A stretch of 64,000 bases of DNA from NCBI GenBank assembly GCA_963842845.1, contig CAWJHZ010000011.1, positions 4,744 through 68,743 of the forward strand, written 5' to 3'. A program made the translations under genes and the position numbers. Positions within the stretch are counted from its first letter, which is position 1. Every line of letters starts with the position of its first letter. The notes below the pieces were generated by a model that made no database searches, was not told the origin of the DNA, and was given only the letters and a program-made list of their open reading frames with translations. This DNA comes from an uncultured Chloroflexia bacterium (GTDB taxonomy: Bacteria; Chloroflexota; Dehalococcoidia; DSTF01; JALHUB01). Shown piece by piece: positions 19,804 to 31,050 of this stretch.

Positions 19804-19902
19804 TGGTAATAGTCCTCCCTGCTGCTGTTCGTTGGTTGAGGGCAGTATATTGGATGGCTTGTCTGGCGGCAACGCCGGGGAGATGGCGAGGGGCGAGAAG
19901 AC

Positions 19903-20898
19903 TTAGATGGTCGAGAAGCTCTGCAGGCTCCGGATGTCCATCGTGCCGCTGTTAGCGACGTTTTCCGCCGCGACACCGGCCTCCTCGGCTGCGGCCAGCG
20001 GGTTCAGGCCGCCGTCCAGGATGAGGCCGACCTTGTTCAGCCCGACGGATATCTGGCAGACGGGCTGGCTGGGATAGCCTGTCGTTACCACGCCCCCGAT
20101 CCCGATACCCCGCAGCTTCTCGATGATCTCCTCAGCAATCGGCTTTGCCGCGCCGGGGATCTCGCGAAAGTTGGCGAGGATCTTGCCGTTGCCGTGAATC
20201 GCCGCCTCGCGCACGCTGGTCATGCCGGCTTTGATGTAGGCCAGCGACGGGTCCAGCGACGACCCGGCGTAGTGGATTATGGCGACAAACCGTCGCGGCT
20301 GGCCGTCGCGCACCTCCAGGATGCCACCGAAACGGGAGTCCATGGGAACGCCGGCCTTGAGGAGAACGCCGTTGATCGTGGCGCTGCAGACCGTTGCCAG
20401 CCCGACTTTGCCGTCGGGGATGATGACGTCGCCCAGCTTCTCTCCCTCATTCGCAACTGCGACGAGCTCGCTGACACAGATGCCGGCCGCAAACGCGTCC
20501 TTCATTGCCGCCAGTGCCTTGCGGAACCTGTCTTTGGGGAACAGCGACGTGTTGATCACAACCTCGCCCGTGCCGGTGGTGGGGTCGAGCGTCGTCTGAA
20601 AGGCCAGCGACGCGATGCGCTCGATGACGAATCCGAGCTGCTCCGGCGCCAGCGCGTTCGATAGCTCTTCGTGGCCTCTGCGCGTCAGCATCCGTCCGTC
20701 CCTGCCGAGGGGCTGCGTGAAGCCGCGAGCGTCGGTGATGCGCAGGTGATAGCGGACGGTGCGCTCATTCAGATAGATGCCCTGGTTCTCCAGCTCGCGG
20801 GCAATGCTGATGGAGCCCAGCGGGTCCTTCGACTCGCTGAGCACTTTTAGTATGGCGACTGTCTTTCTCTCAGTGTCGCGGGTTTCGCTTTCCAGCAT
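19903..20898 (-). CDS. NrpR-like transcriptional regulator (wHTH + NrpR regulatory/DUF128 domain)
   Basis: ERTVRYHL..D..G.T wHTH; TVCSATINGVLLK, GSSLDP, ILANFREIP, GGLNP. Confidence 0.85.
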   Translation of the reverse strand: MLESETRDTERKTVAILKVLSESKDPLGSISIARELENQGIYLNERTVRYHLRITDARGFTQPLGRDGRMLTRRGHEELSNALAPEQLGFVIERIASLAFQTTLDPTTGTGEVVINTSLFPKDRFRKALAAMKDAFAAGICVSELVAVANEGEKLGDVIIPDGKVGLATVCSATINGVLLKAGVPMDSRFGGILEVRDGQPRRFVAIIHYAGSSLDPSLAYIKAGMTSVREAAIHGNGKILANFREIPGAAKPIAEEIIEKLRGIGIGGVVTTGYPSQPVCQISVGLNKVGLILDGGLNPLAAAEEAGVAAENVANSGTMDIRSLQSFSTI

Positions 20899-21084
20899 GG
20901 ACCGATTCTACCTTTACGAATGCGCTTTGGCCGCCGACTCATCGCAGTCAATAGTATTGTAGTGCGCTGCATTCCTTGTGCCAAATAGGCGCGAATGTTG
21001 GAGATAGAGGCCGCGCGGCTCGACGTCGTCGACGACGTCAGCCATCTTGGGCCCCGAGAATGGTCACAACGCTTCAGGGGAATA

Positions 21085-21942
21085 TCAGGTCGAAGCGACC
21101 GCCTCTGACTCCGGGGGGACCTTCTTTCGCTTAGAGCGAAAGTGCTCTTCCGGGCTGCAGCCCATCTCGCGACGAAAGACTCGATTGAACTGCGCGTAAC
21201 TGCCGAAACCCGCCTCCCTCGCGACCTCGAAGAGCACCTTGCGCTTGGAGTGTGGGCGGAGTCGCAGGAACGCCTCCAGGCGGACGTGGTTGCGGAAATC
21301 GCTGATGCTCATTCCCACCTGGCTCTTGAACAGCCGGCTGAGCTGGCTGGGACTGAGGTGGATCGCCTGCGCGAGGGCCGTCAGGTCGCGGGAGGGATCG
21401 GTAAGCAAGAGCGACATGGCGCGCGACACGCCGGGGTGGAGGGCCCTCGCATCCTTGGAGTCGCCGTACGTGAAGGCGTTCCAGGCGGTAGCCAGCCACC
21501 AGGCAATCCCGAACTCCTGGCCATCGAGCGGCTGAAAGCCCGTCGCCAACTCTTGCGCCAGGTTGTTCAGCGTCCTGACGCACCGGGGCGGAAGGACCCT
21601 CGTCAGACCGAGATACGAGCTACTCCCGGAGAGAACAGGAATGCGGGGCTTCATCTCTGCGACCAGTCGGGGAGATACTCCTACATACCACATAGAAAAA
21701 CCGGGAGTGTGATCGACCACGGCGTGGTTCAACTCCGGGGGGACCCACAGCAGACTGCGCGTTTGCAGCGTCAGTCGCTCGCCGCCCACCTCGTAGATAC
21801 AGCTTCCCGCTACGATGAGGACGACCTCGAGGGCGTCGTGACTGTGCGTTCGCGTCCTCAGCTTCTCGAAGCCATCCCGCCGCGGAAACCGCCAGACCAC
21901 GCCGCTTCTGCCCTTCGGCATCGCCAGCACTCTTCTGGACAT
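21085..21942 (-). CDS. AraC-family transcriptional regulator
   Basis: Cupin HSHDALE; LSPSQLSRLFK; AGFGSYAQFNRVFRREMGCSP. Confidence 0.92.
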   Translation of the reverse strand: MSRRVLAMPKGRSGVVWRFPRRDGFEKLRTRTHSHDALEVVLIVAGSCIYEVGGERLTLQTRSLLWVPPELNHAVVDHTPGFSMWYVGVSPRLVAEMKPRIPVLSGSSSYLGLTRVLPPRCVRTLNNLAQELATGFQPLDGQEFGIAWWLATAWNAFTYGDSKDARALHPGVSRAMSLLLTDPSRDLTALAQAIHLSPSQLSRLFKSQVGMSISDFRNHVRLEAFLRLRPHSKRKVLFEVAREAGFGSYAQFNRVFRREMGCSPEEHFRSKRKKVPPESEAVAST

Positions 21943-22108
21943 GCGGCAAGACTACATTATTGTGAAAGGAAGTGCAATATCCGCTCAATATCCGCCTGCG
22001 AACCTGAAGATTGCATTATATTGCCGGATCCGGCGGCGCGTCCGCTTGAAGTCAACGGGCTTGAACGATATCGTGCAGATACCGAGTTCTCTCCAGAAAG
22101 GTGGAACG

Positions 22109-23317
22109 ATGCGAAAAGTCGCAGTCGTCGGCGCGGACATGACCCGCTTTGGAAAGTTCCTTGACCGTGGACTGAAAGACCTGGCGAGAGAGGCAGTCGA
22201 AGGGGCGCTGGCGACGGCCGGCACGGCGAAATCCTCCCTTCAAGTCGCCGTCGTCGGGAACGCCGCCGCCGGACTTATCACCGGCCAGGAGATGGTGCGC
22301 GCGGAGGTCATGCTGCGTGACATGGGGATCGGCGGCATACCTATGCTCAATGCGGAAAACGCCTGCGCCAGCTCATCGACCGCGTTTCATCTCGCCTGGC
22401 TGTACGTCGCCTCCGGCATGTACGACGTGGCGCTCGCCCTGGGGGTCGAGAAGCTTTACCACACCGATAAACAGCGCTCCTTCGACGCTATTGGCTCCGC
22501 CGTCGACGTTGAGCTGACGGAGCAGATGGTCGCCGAGGCCCAGGCCGACCAGGGAGGCGTTGCGGGCGCTGGCTCCTCGCGCAGCCTGTTTATGGACCTC
22601 TACGCCGCCATTGCCCGTGACCACATGCGTCGCTACGGCACAACGAAGGAGCAGTTTGCCCGCGTGGCCGTGAAGAACCACTTCAACGGTAGTCTCAACC
22701 CCCATGCCCAGTACCGGGAGCGTTACTCTCTCGAAGAGGTGCTGGCCTCGCCGCTTATCACCGAGCCTCTCACCCGCCTGATGTGCTCGCCCATCGGCGA
22801 CGGCGCTGTCGCCCTGGTCCTTTGCTCGGAGGAGAAGGCGCGCCAGCTCACGACGAAGCCGGTCTGGGTGCGGGCCAGCGTGCTGACGTCGGGCGAGGAC
22901 CATTCTCCCGGCCAACCGGGGCTCGGCGAGCGCTCCGCCGCTGCCGCTTACGCGATGGCCTCGCTCACGCCCGAAGACGTCGACGTCGCCGAGGTGCACG
23001 ACGCGACAGCCTCCGCCGAGCTCATCCTGTGCGAAGAGATGGGCTTCTGCCCGCCCGGCGAAGGCGGCCGCCTCATCGACAGCGGCGGCACGTCCTTGGG
23101 CGGGAAGCTGCCCGTGAACCCGAGCGGCGGTCTTATCTCCAAGGGCCACCCTATAGGCGCGACTGGTGCCGCGCAGATCTACGAGGCGTTTCTTCAGTTG
23201 CGCGACGAAGCGGGCGAGCGACAGGTGGCGGGGGCAAAAGTCGCGCTTACGGAGAACAGCGGCGGCATGATGCGAGGCGAAAACGCTGTCGCCAGCGTCC
23301 ACATTCTCTCGCTCTGA
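22109..23317 (+). CDS. thiolase family protein (SCP2/lipid-transfer type)
   Basis: ENACASSS, VAEVHDA, VNPSGGLISKGHPIGATG. Confidence 0.92.
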   Translation: MRKVAVVGADMTRFGKFLDRGLKDLAREAVEGALATAGTAKSSLQVAVVGNAAAGLITGQEMVRAEVMLRDMGIGGIPMLNAENACASSSTAFHLAWLYVASGMYDVALALGVEKLYHTDKQRSFDAIGSAVDVELTEQMVAEAQADQGGVAGAGSSRSLFMDLYAAIARDHMRRYGTTKEQFARVAVKNHFNGSLNPHAQYRERYSLEEVLASPLITEPLTRLMCSPIGDGAVALVLCSEEKARQLTTKPVWVRASVLTSGEDHSPGQPGLGERSAAAAYAMASLTPEDVDVAEVHDATASAELILCEEMGFCPPGEGGRLIDSGGTSLGGKLPVNPSGGLISKGHPIGATGAAQIYEAFLQLRDEAGERQVAGAKVALTENSGGMMRGENAVASVHILSL

Positions 23318-23329
23318 CGCGTTGGATGC

Positions 23330-23932
23330 CTAGTTGACGCTGTTCAGGCAGTAGAGATTCGTCTTCTTCGTGTGGTCATAGAAGCGCTGCTCGCACGTCG
23401 CCGGTGTGCCATCGGCCGGCGAATCGACGCCCGCGATCAGCGTGAATTTCTTGCCATCGGACACGTACCAGTAGCCGTTGATAATGACATCGCCGATCGG
23501 ATCGCTCGGTATCGGGTCCAGGTAGTCGCTGATCTTGCAGAGGGCGTCCAGGTCCTTGTAGCCGCACGCCGATTGAACGTTGTCGTCGGTGCTGGGGAAC
23601 CCGCCCTTAGCGTTCCGGTATTGATCAAGGGCGACGCCAATCGCGTACAGGTCCGAGATCCGCGTCTGGTCGCGCATCTGCGCCACAACGCCGGGTATAG
23701 CGGTTGGACCGGGCGTCGGAGTGTCCGTCGCTGGCGGCACCCACGGCGTCGGCGAAACGGGCGCGGCTTCAGCGGTAGAGCGAACGACCTCCGGCGGCTG
23801 CGCCTGGTTCTGGGGCGTCGCGTTGGTCGGACCGCCCAGAGCCAGGTCCAGCGCCAGGGCGATCAGGATGACGAGGAGAACCGAAGCTATAGGTGCATAT
23901 GGGAGCCAGTTGCGCCATCTTTCTCGCGACAC
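23330..23932 (-). CDS. membrane-anchored protein with pilin/GspG-like head domain
   Basis: N-terminal TM, Pro/Thr linker, RDQTRISDL..I..ALDQY....G.FP and YL..IPSDP, four Cys. Confidence 0.7.
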   Translation of the reverse strand: MSRERWRNWLPYAPIASVLLVILIALALDLALGGPTNATPQNQAQPPEVVRSTAEAAPVSPTPWVPPATDTPTPGPTAIPGVVAQMRDQTRISDLYAIGVALDQYRNAKGGFPSTDDNVQSACGYKDLDALCKISDYLDPIPSDPIGDVIINGYWYVSDGKKFTLIAGVDSPADGTPATCEQRFYDHTKKTNLYCLNSVN

Positions 23933-23944
23933 GTCATCCTCCTC

Positions 23945-24988
23945 CTAACATATTCTCGGTAGCTGCTCTCCGCTCATCACGTCGACGATGCGCTCGCCGC
24001 CGATGCGCGTTCGCATGACAACCGTTCCGCCGTGTTCAGCCACCGCCCGCCCGATAACCGCCGCCTCCCTGCCGCTGGGATGTCGCCTCAATACCTCAAC
24101 CGCCCGGTCTCCCTGGCCTGCTGGCACGAATGCCAGGAAATTGCCCTCATTCGCCACGTACAGCGGGTCGAGCCCGAGGATCTCGCATACGCCCTGCACC
24201 CCAGGGCCAACAGCGATGCGCTCCTCCTCGATGAGAATGCCGGCACCGCTCTTTTTCCCGATCTCGTTCAACGCCGACGATACTCCTCCGCGCGTCGGGT
24301 CGCGCAGCATGTGGACATCGATCCCTTCCTCCGCCAGCGCCTCGACCATCGGGAACAGCGGCGCCGAGTCGCTCTGTATCGCAACGTCGAGGTCGAGCCC
24401 TTCACGCAGAGCCATTATAGCGATGCCGTGCCTCCCGAGCGAGCCGCTCAAGACGATTTCGTCGCCAGGGCGGACGCGCTGGGGGCCCACGTTGGCGCCG
24501 GCAAGCACTACGCCGATGCCGGCGGTGTTGATGAAGACGCCGTCGCCTTTGCCGCGCTCGACCACCTTGCTGTCGCCGGTGACAATCTGCACGCCGGCTT
24601 CCTTCGCCGCCTCTTTCAGCGAGACGACGACGCGCCACAGGTCCGCCATCGCGAAGCCCTCTTCGATGATGAGGCCACAGCTAAGGAAGAGAGGCCGCGC
24701 GCCGCACATCGCCAGGTCGTTCGCCGTCCCGAAGACCGCCAGGCGGCCGATATCGCCCCCGGGAAAGAACAGTGGCTGCACGACGTAGGAGTCGGTAGAA
24801 AGCGCCAGTCGCTGCCCGCCGATCTCGAGCAGCGCGCCGTCGTGCAGCGGCGCCAGGTACGGGTTGTCGAAAGAAGGCAGCAGCACGCGCTCGATGAGGC
24901 TCTGCGTTAGCCGGCCGCCGCCGCCGTGGGCCAGAAGGACGCGCGGGTACTCGTTCAGGGGCAGCGGGCATTCCGGGAAGATGGTCAC
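23945..24988 (-). CDS. hypE: hydrogenase maturation carbamoyl dehydratase
   Basis: [30 protein letters not shown]-terminal PRIC. Confidence 0.96.
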   Translation of the reverse strand: MTIFPECPLPLNEYPRVLLAHGGGGRLTQSLIERVLLPSFDNPYLAPLHDGALLEIGGQRLALSTDSYVVQPLFFPGGDIGRLAVFGTANDLAMCGARPLFLSCGLIIEEGFAMADLWRVVVSLKEAAKEAGVQIVTGDSKVVERGKGDGVFINTAGIGVVLAGANVGPQRVRPGDEIVLSGSLGRHGIAIMALREGLDLDVAIQSDSAPLFPMVEALAEEGIDVHMLRDPTRGGVSSALNEIGKKSGAGILIEEERIAVGPGVQGVCEILGLDPLYVANEGNFLAFVPAGQGDRAVEVLRRHPSGREAAVIGRAVAEHGGTVVMRTRIGGERIVDVMSGEQLPRIC

Positions 24989-26085
24989 CGGGGCGCCCCC
25001 TGACGCGCGTAGTGATAGTAGGCGGCGCAGGCGCCCTCCGACGAGACCATCGGCGCGCCCAGGCAGTGCTCCGGCGTGCAGTCGCTCCCGAAGGCGGCGC
25101 AGTCGACGGGCTTCCTGATGCCCTGCAGCACGAGGCCGGCGATGCAAACGCTCTCGGCCTGCCGTGGGGTCGTGGCGGCGATGTCGAAGGCGCGCACCGC
25201 GTCGAAGCGCGCGTAGCGCCCCTTCAGCCGCAGGCCGCTCCTCGGGATGACGCCGATGCCGCGCCAGCCGTGGTCGACGACCTCGAACACGCTCTCCATC
25301 AGGGCCCGCGCCTGCTCGTTGCCCTCTCGCTTCACCGAGCGCGCATACTGGTTCTCGACCTCGCAGCGCCCCTCTTCGAGCTGGCGGACGAGCATGTAGG
25401 TCGCCTGCAGCAGGTCCAGCGGCTCAAAACCGCTCACGACCATGGGGATGCGGTACTTCTCCGCCAGCCGCTCGTAGTCGACGTAGCCGGTGACGGTGCA
25501 GACGTGCCCGGGCGCCAGGAATCCCTGGACGCGGTTCTCCGGCGAGGATGCTATCGCCTCCAGCGCTGGCGGAACGAGGACATGCGAAGTTAACATAAAG
25601 AAGTTGTCGATGCCCTCGCGCTCGGCGACAACGACCGCCATGGCGTTCGCCGGCGCCGTCGTCTCAAAGCCGATAGCGAAGAAGACGACCTTGCGGTCCG
25701 GGTGCTCGCGCGCCAGCTTGAGCGCGTCAAGCGACGAGTAGACCATGCGCACGTCGCCGCCTTCGGCTTTGACACTGAGCAGGTCCTTAGCGCTGCCCGG
25801 CACGCGTAGCATGTCGCCGTAGGAGACAAGGGTGACGTCGGGACGCTCAGCCAGCGCGATGGCCTGGTCGATGATCTCGGCCGGCGTTACGCAGACCGGG
25901 CAGCCCGGCCCGTGGATGAGCGTGACCTCCGCCGGCAGCATCTGGTCGATGCCGTACTTGAGGAACGAGTGCGTCTGACTGCCGCAGACCTCCATGACCG
26001 TCCAGGGCCGCGTTACGGCGGCGGCAATGGCATCGAGCAGCTTGCGGGAGGCGTCCCCGTCGCGGTACTCGTCGAGGTAGCGCAC
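24985..26085 (-). CDS. hypD: hydrogenase formation protein
   Basis: [31 protein letters not shown]. Confidence 0.96.
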   Translation of the reverse strand: MRYLDEYRDGDASRKLLDAIAAAVTRPWTVMEVCGSQTHSFLKYGIDQMLPAEVTLIHGPGCPVCVTPAEIIDQAIALAERPDVTLVSYGDMLRVPGSAKDLLSVKAEGGDVRMVYSSLDALKLAREHPDRKVVFFAIGFETTAPANAMAVVVAEREGIDNFFMLTSHVLVPPALEAIASSPENRVQGFLAPGHVCTVTGYVDYERLAEKYRIPMVVSGFEPLDLLQATYMLVRQLEEGRCEVENQYARSVKREGNEQARALMESVFEVVDHGWRGIGVIPRSGLRLKGRYARFDAVRAFDIAATTPRQAESVCIAGLVLQGIRKPVDCAAFGSDCTPEHCLGAPMVSSEGACAAYYHYARQGAPR

Positions 26086-26302
26086 TATGGTCCTCCCAGC
26101 GTTCGCAGCATCTCGAAGACTTCTCCGGCTTCGTCCGCGTCGATCTTGCTGAGTGCGAAGCCGACGTGCACGATCACGTAGTCGCCGACCTGCGCGTCCG
26201 GCACGAGGTTCAGGTGAGCGTCGCGCGTTGCGCCGCCGAAGCGCACCTTCGCCGTCCGCAAATCCGACGCCTCGTCAATTGAAATGATCTCTCCCGGTAT
26301 TC

Positions 26303-26312
<10 letters not shown>
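26085..26312 (-). CDS. hypC: hydrogenase chaperone
   Basis: [19 protein letters not shown]. Confidence 0.96.
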
Positions 26313-28566
<2,254 letters not shown>

Positions 28567-28567
<1 letters not shown>

Positions 28568-28944
28568 CAGACCTCTAGCTCGATTCGTTTGAGGATGCAG
28601 TCGGTCCTCGCGTCGAGGGTGACGTTGGCGGAGCCGCAGTGCGGACACTCGGCCGGCGGCAGCGGCAGATGATGGTCGTAATACGGCGGGACCCGCGGCT
28701 GGCCACGAAAACCGCAGTCCTTGCACGTCAGTGCCGATTCGACGACGTCGATGTTGATGGTGGCGTCTTTCGCGGGGCCGTTGGCGAGCTCCTGGTGCAG
28801 CCACATCTCCAGCGCCTCCGTGTCGAAGAAGGCGAGGTCCCCAAGCTCCAGCTCAACGGCGACGACGCGCTTCGCCTCCGCCTTCTTCGCCGCGCTCGTC
28901 ACCTTCTCAGCGATCTCGCGCGCGATCGTGAACTCGTGGGTCAA
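28567..28944 (-). CDS. hypA: hydrogenase nickel metallochaperone
   Basis: (M)THEF N-terminus, CKDCG...CPHCG; TTG start after AGAGGAG. Confidence 0.88.
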
Positions 28945-29046
28945 GCGACGAAACTCCTCTTTTGATTCGTGTATCTATCTTAGCAAAGGGTGTAACTTAG
29001 TGCAGTCGGGCCGCGCGCCGCCGCCGGCGCCCCGAGCACGCACCCG

Positions 29047-29075
29047 TTGACTACCCCTCCGGCCCGTGCTATAGT
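29047..29075 (+). promoter_or_regulatory. sigma70-like promoter of infC-rpmI-rplT
   Basis: TTGACT-N17-TATAGT with TG extension. Confidence 0.65.
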
Positions 29076-29134
29076 TTTTGACACCAATCAGGTATGTTGC
29101 CGAAGAGAACGCTGAAGCTGAAGAGGTTGCAGGC

Positions 29135-29701
29135 ATAGTTCGCGAACTCCGTATCAATGAGGCCATACGGGCCCCAGAAGTACTCGTAATCGGAGCGAAC
29201 GGCGAAAAACTGGGCGTTATGCCTGTGGCCCGCGCGCTCGAGATAGCCCGTGAGACGGACTCCGACCTGGTGGAGGTCGCCCCAAACGTGCGGCCCCCCG
29301 TGTGCCGCGTCCTCGACTACGGCAAGTTCAAGTACGAGCAGGCCCGGCGAGAGCGCGAAGCGCGCAAGCACCAGCGACAGGTCGTCACCCGCCAGGTGCG
29401 CTTCCGGCCCAAGATCACGCCGCACGATATGGAGTTGAAGGCGCGCGTGACCGAGAAGCTCCTGAAAGAGGGCGACAAGGTCAAGGTATCGGTGATGTTT
29501 CGCGGCCGGGAGGTCACCTACCCGGAGCTCGGAAGGAACCTTCTCGACCAGATTTACGAGCACGTCAGGGAGATAGCCTCGCTCGAGAAGCCGGCCTCCC
29601 TTGAGGGGCGCTTCATGACAATGATCCTGGCGCCGGTGGCTTTCAAGCAGCCGAAGCCGCACGAAGACCATCCGCCAACCGAGGCCGTCGCGGAGAAGTA
29701 A
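29135..29701 (+). CDS. infC: translation initiation factor IF-3 (probable ATA start)
   Basis: RINEAI, DLVEVAP..PPVCRVLDYGKFKYE; GAGGT 7 nt before ATA. Confidence 0.95.
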   Translation: MVRELRINEAIRAPEVLVIGANGEKLGVMPVARALEIARETDSDLVEVAPNVRPPVCRVLDYGKFKYEQARREREARKHQRQVVTRQVRFRPKITPHDMELKARVTEKLLKEGDKVKVSVMFRGREVTYPELGRNLLDQIYEHVREIASLEKPASLEGRFMTMILAPVAFKQPKPHEDHPPTEAVAEK

Positions 29702-29702
29702 A

Positions 29703-29906
29703 TTGCCGAAGCTGAAGACACACAAGGGCGCCAAGCGACGCTTCCATATAACCGGAACCGGCAAGATCATGCGCCGCAAGGGCAACATCAGCCACTTCCG
29801 CCGTCGCAAGGCCAACCGCAGCAAGGGCGACATCAGCGGCAAGCTGCCCGTCGATAACGCCTTCAAGAAGACGATGCGCAAGCTGCTGCCGTATGGTCTC
29901 GGCTAG
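29703..29906 (+). CDS. rpmI: 50S ribosomal protein L35
   Basis: MPKLKTHKGAKRRF..TGTGK. Confidence 0.96.
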   Translation: MPKLKTHKGAKRRFHITGTGKIMRRKGNISHFRRRKANRSKGDISGKLPVDNAFKKTMRKLLPYGLG

Positions 29907-29924
29907 CGCAGAAGAGGATAGACC

Positions 29925-30287
29925 GTGACCAGAGTCAAGCGGGGCGTTACCGCCCATCACCGGCACAAGAAAATACTCGCGATGGCCCAGGGCCACCGCG
30001 GCCAGCGCCATCGCATCTTTCGCCGCGCCAACGAGTCCGTCCTCCACGCCCTCGACTACGCCTCTCGCGACCGGCGCGACCGCAAGGGCCAGTTCCGACG
30101 CCTCTGGATCCAGCGCATCAACGCCGCTGCCCGGGCCGAAGGCATCACCTACGGCCGCTTCATCGAAGGCTTGAGCAAGGCGGGCGTCGAAGTGGACCGC
30201 AAGATCCTCGCCGACCTGGCCGTCCGCGACGCCGCCGTCTTCGCCGCGCTCGTCGGCACCGCCAAGAGCGCTCTCGCCGCCTCCTAG
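29925..30287 (+). CDS. rplT: 50S ribosomal protein L20
   Basis: [28 protein letters not shown]. Confidence 0.97.
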   Translation: MTRVKRGVTAHHRHKKILAMAQGHRGQRHRIFRRANESVLHALDYASRDRRDRKGQFRRLWIQRINAAARAEGITYGRFIEGLSKAGVEVDRKILADLAVRDAAVFAALVGTAKSALAAS

Positions 30288-30306
30288 CGCTCCACGGGAT
30301 GGGCGA

Positions 30307-31044
30307 TCACTCGGCTTGCTGGAGCTGGTGCGGCTGGCCCCGCTGAAGAACCAAATCAATCACTTCACTGGGTTTGGCTGGCCGAGAGAGCGTGCCGTCA
30401 CGCACGTAGGGGCGATTGTCCACGTAGTAGAGCGGCTCTCTTCCACCCTCTATCAGAAGAACGCAAACCTCTTTGCCCTCAAGGCTTGTGTAGGTAACGT
30501 TAACCGTTGGAGTAGGTTCAACAATCTGCGCCAGGCCTTCAATTCGTTCCCGCGAGTCCCGAAGACCCACAACGCGGCGATTGTCATCGACCCCAATTAT
30601 GATCGCGCCCCCTCCTGAAGTCGCGAGGGCCGCTATCTCTTTGGCCAGTGACCGCGCTTGTGGAGGGATTCCCGCCGTCAATTCGATATCCGTTGTTTCG
30701 CCTGCCTGAAGCGCACGGGCCAGCAGGTGCTCTGGCGATTCCAGAGTCTGCCCACTGTCTACCAACAGGTGATCGTAGTACTTACGCAACGAGCGCAGAG
30801 TACTGGCGGCCATCCCGAGCTCAGACGCCGCCTTCCCCTTGCCGCCGGCACTACCGACGAAGGAGTCCATTTCCGAGAGCGCGCGGTCGCGTCCAACTAC
30901 GTTGCCCCAGGTCTTGAGTATCAGTATTCGAGACGAGGCGGCATACATCGAGCCGCGGGGGAATCTGCCCCACGCAGCCTCCGCTGCTTCAAGGAACGTC
31001 CAATTGCGGTCGATAGGAATGTCCAAAGTCGGAGGGATTGTCAC
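30307..31044 (-). CDS. HTH + Schlafen/AlbA_2 domain protein
   Basis: KAASELGMAASTL HTH-like; GETTDIEL..KEIAALA...GG.IIIGVDD; PYVRDG. Confidence 0.8.
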   Translation of the reverse strand: MTIPPTLDIPIDRNWTFLEAAEAAWGRFPRGSMYAASSRILILKTWGNVVGRDRALSEMDSFVGSAGGKGKAASELGMAASTLRSLRKYYDHLLVDSGQTLESPEHLLARALQAGETTDIELTAGIPPQARSLAKEIAALATSGGGAIIIGVDDNRRVVGLRDSRERIEGLAQIVEPTPTVNVTYTSLEGKEVCVLLIEGGREPLYYVDNRPYVRDGTLSRPAKPSEVIDLVLQRGQPHQLQQAE

Positions 31045-31050
31045 ATTTGT

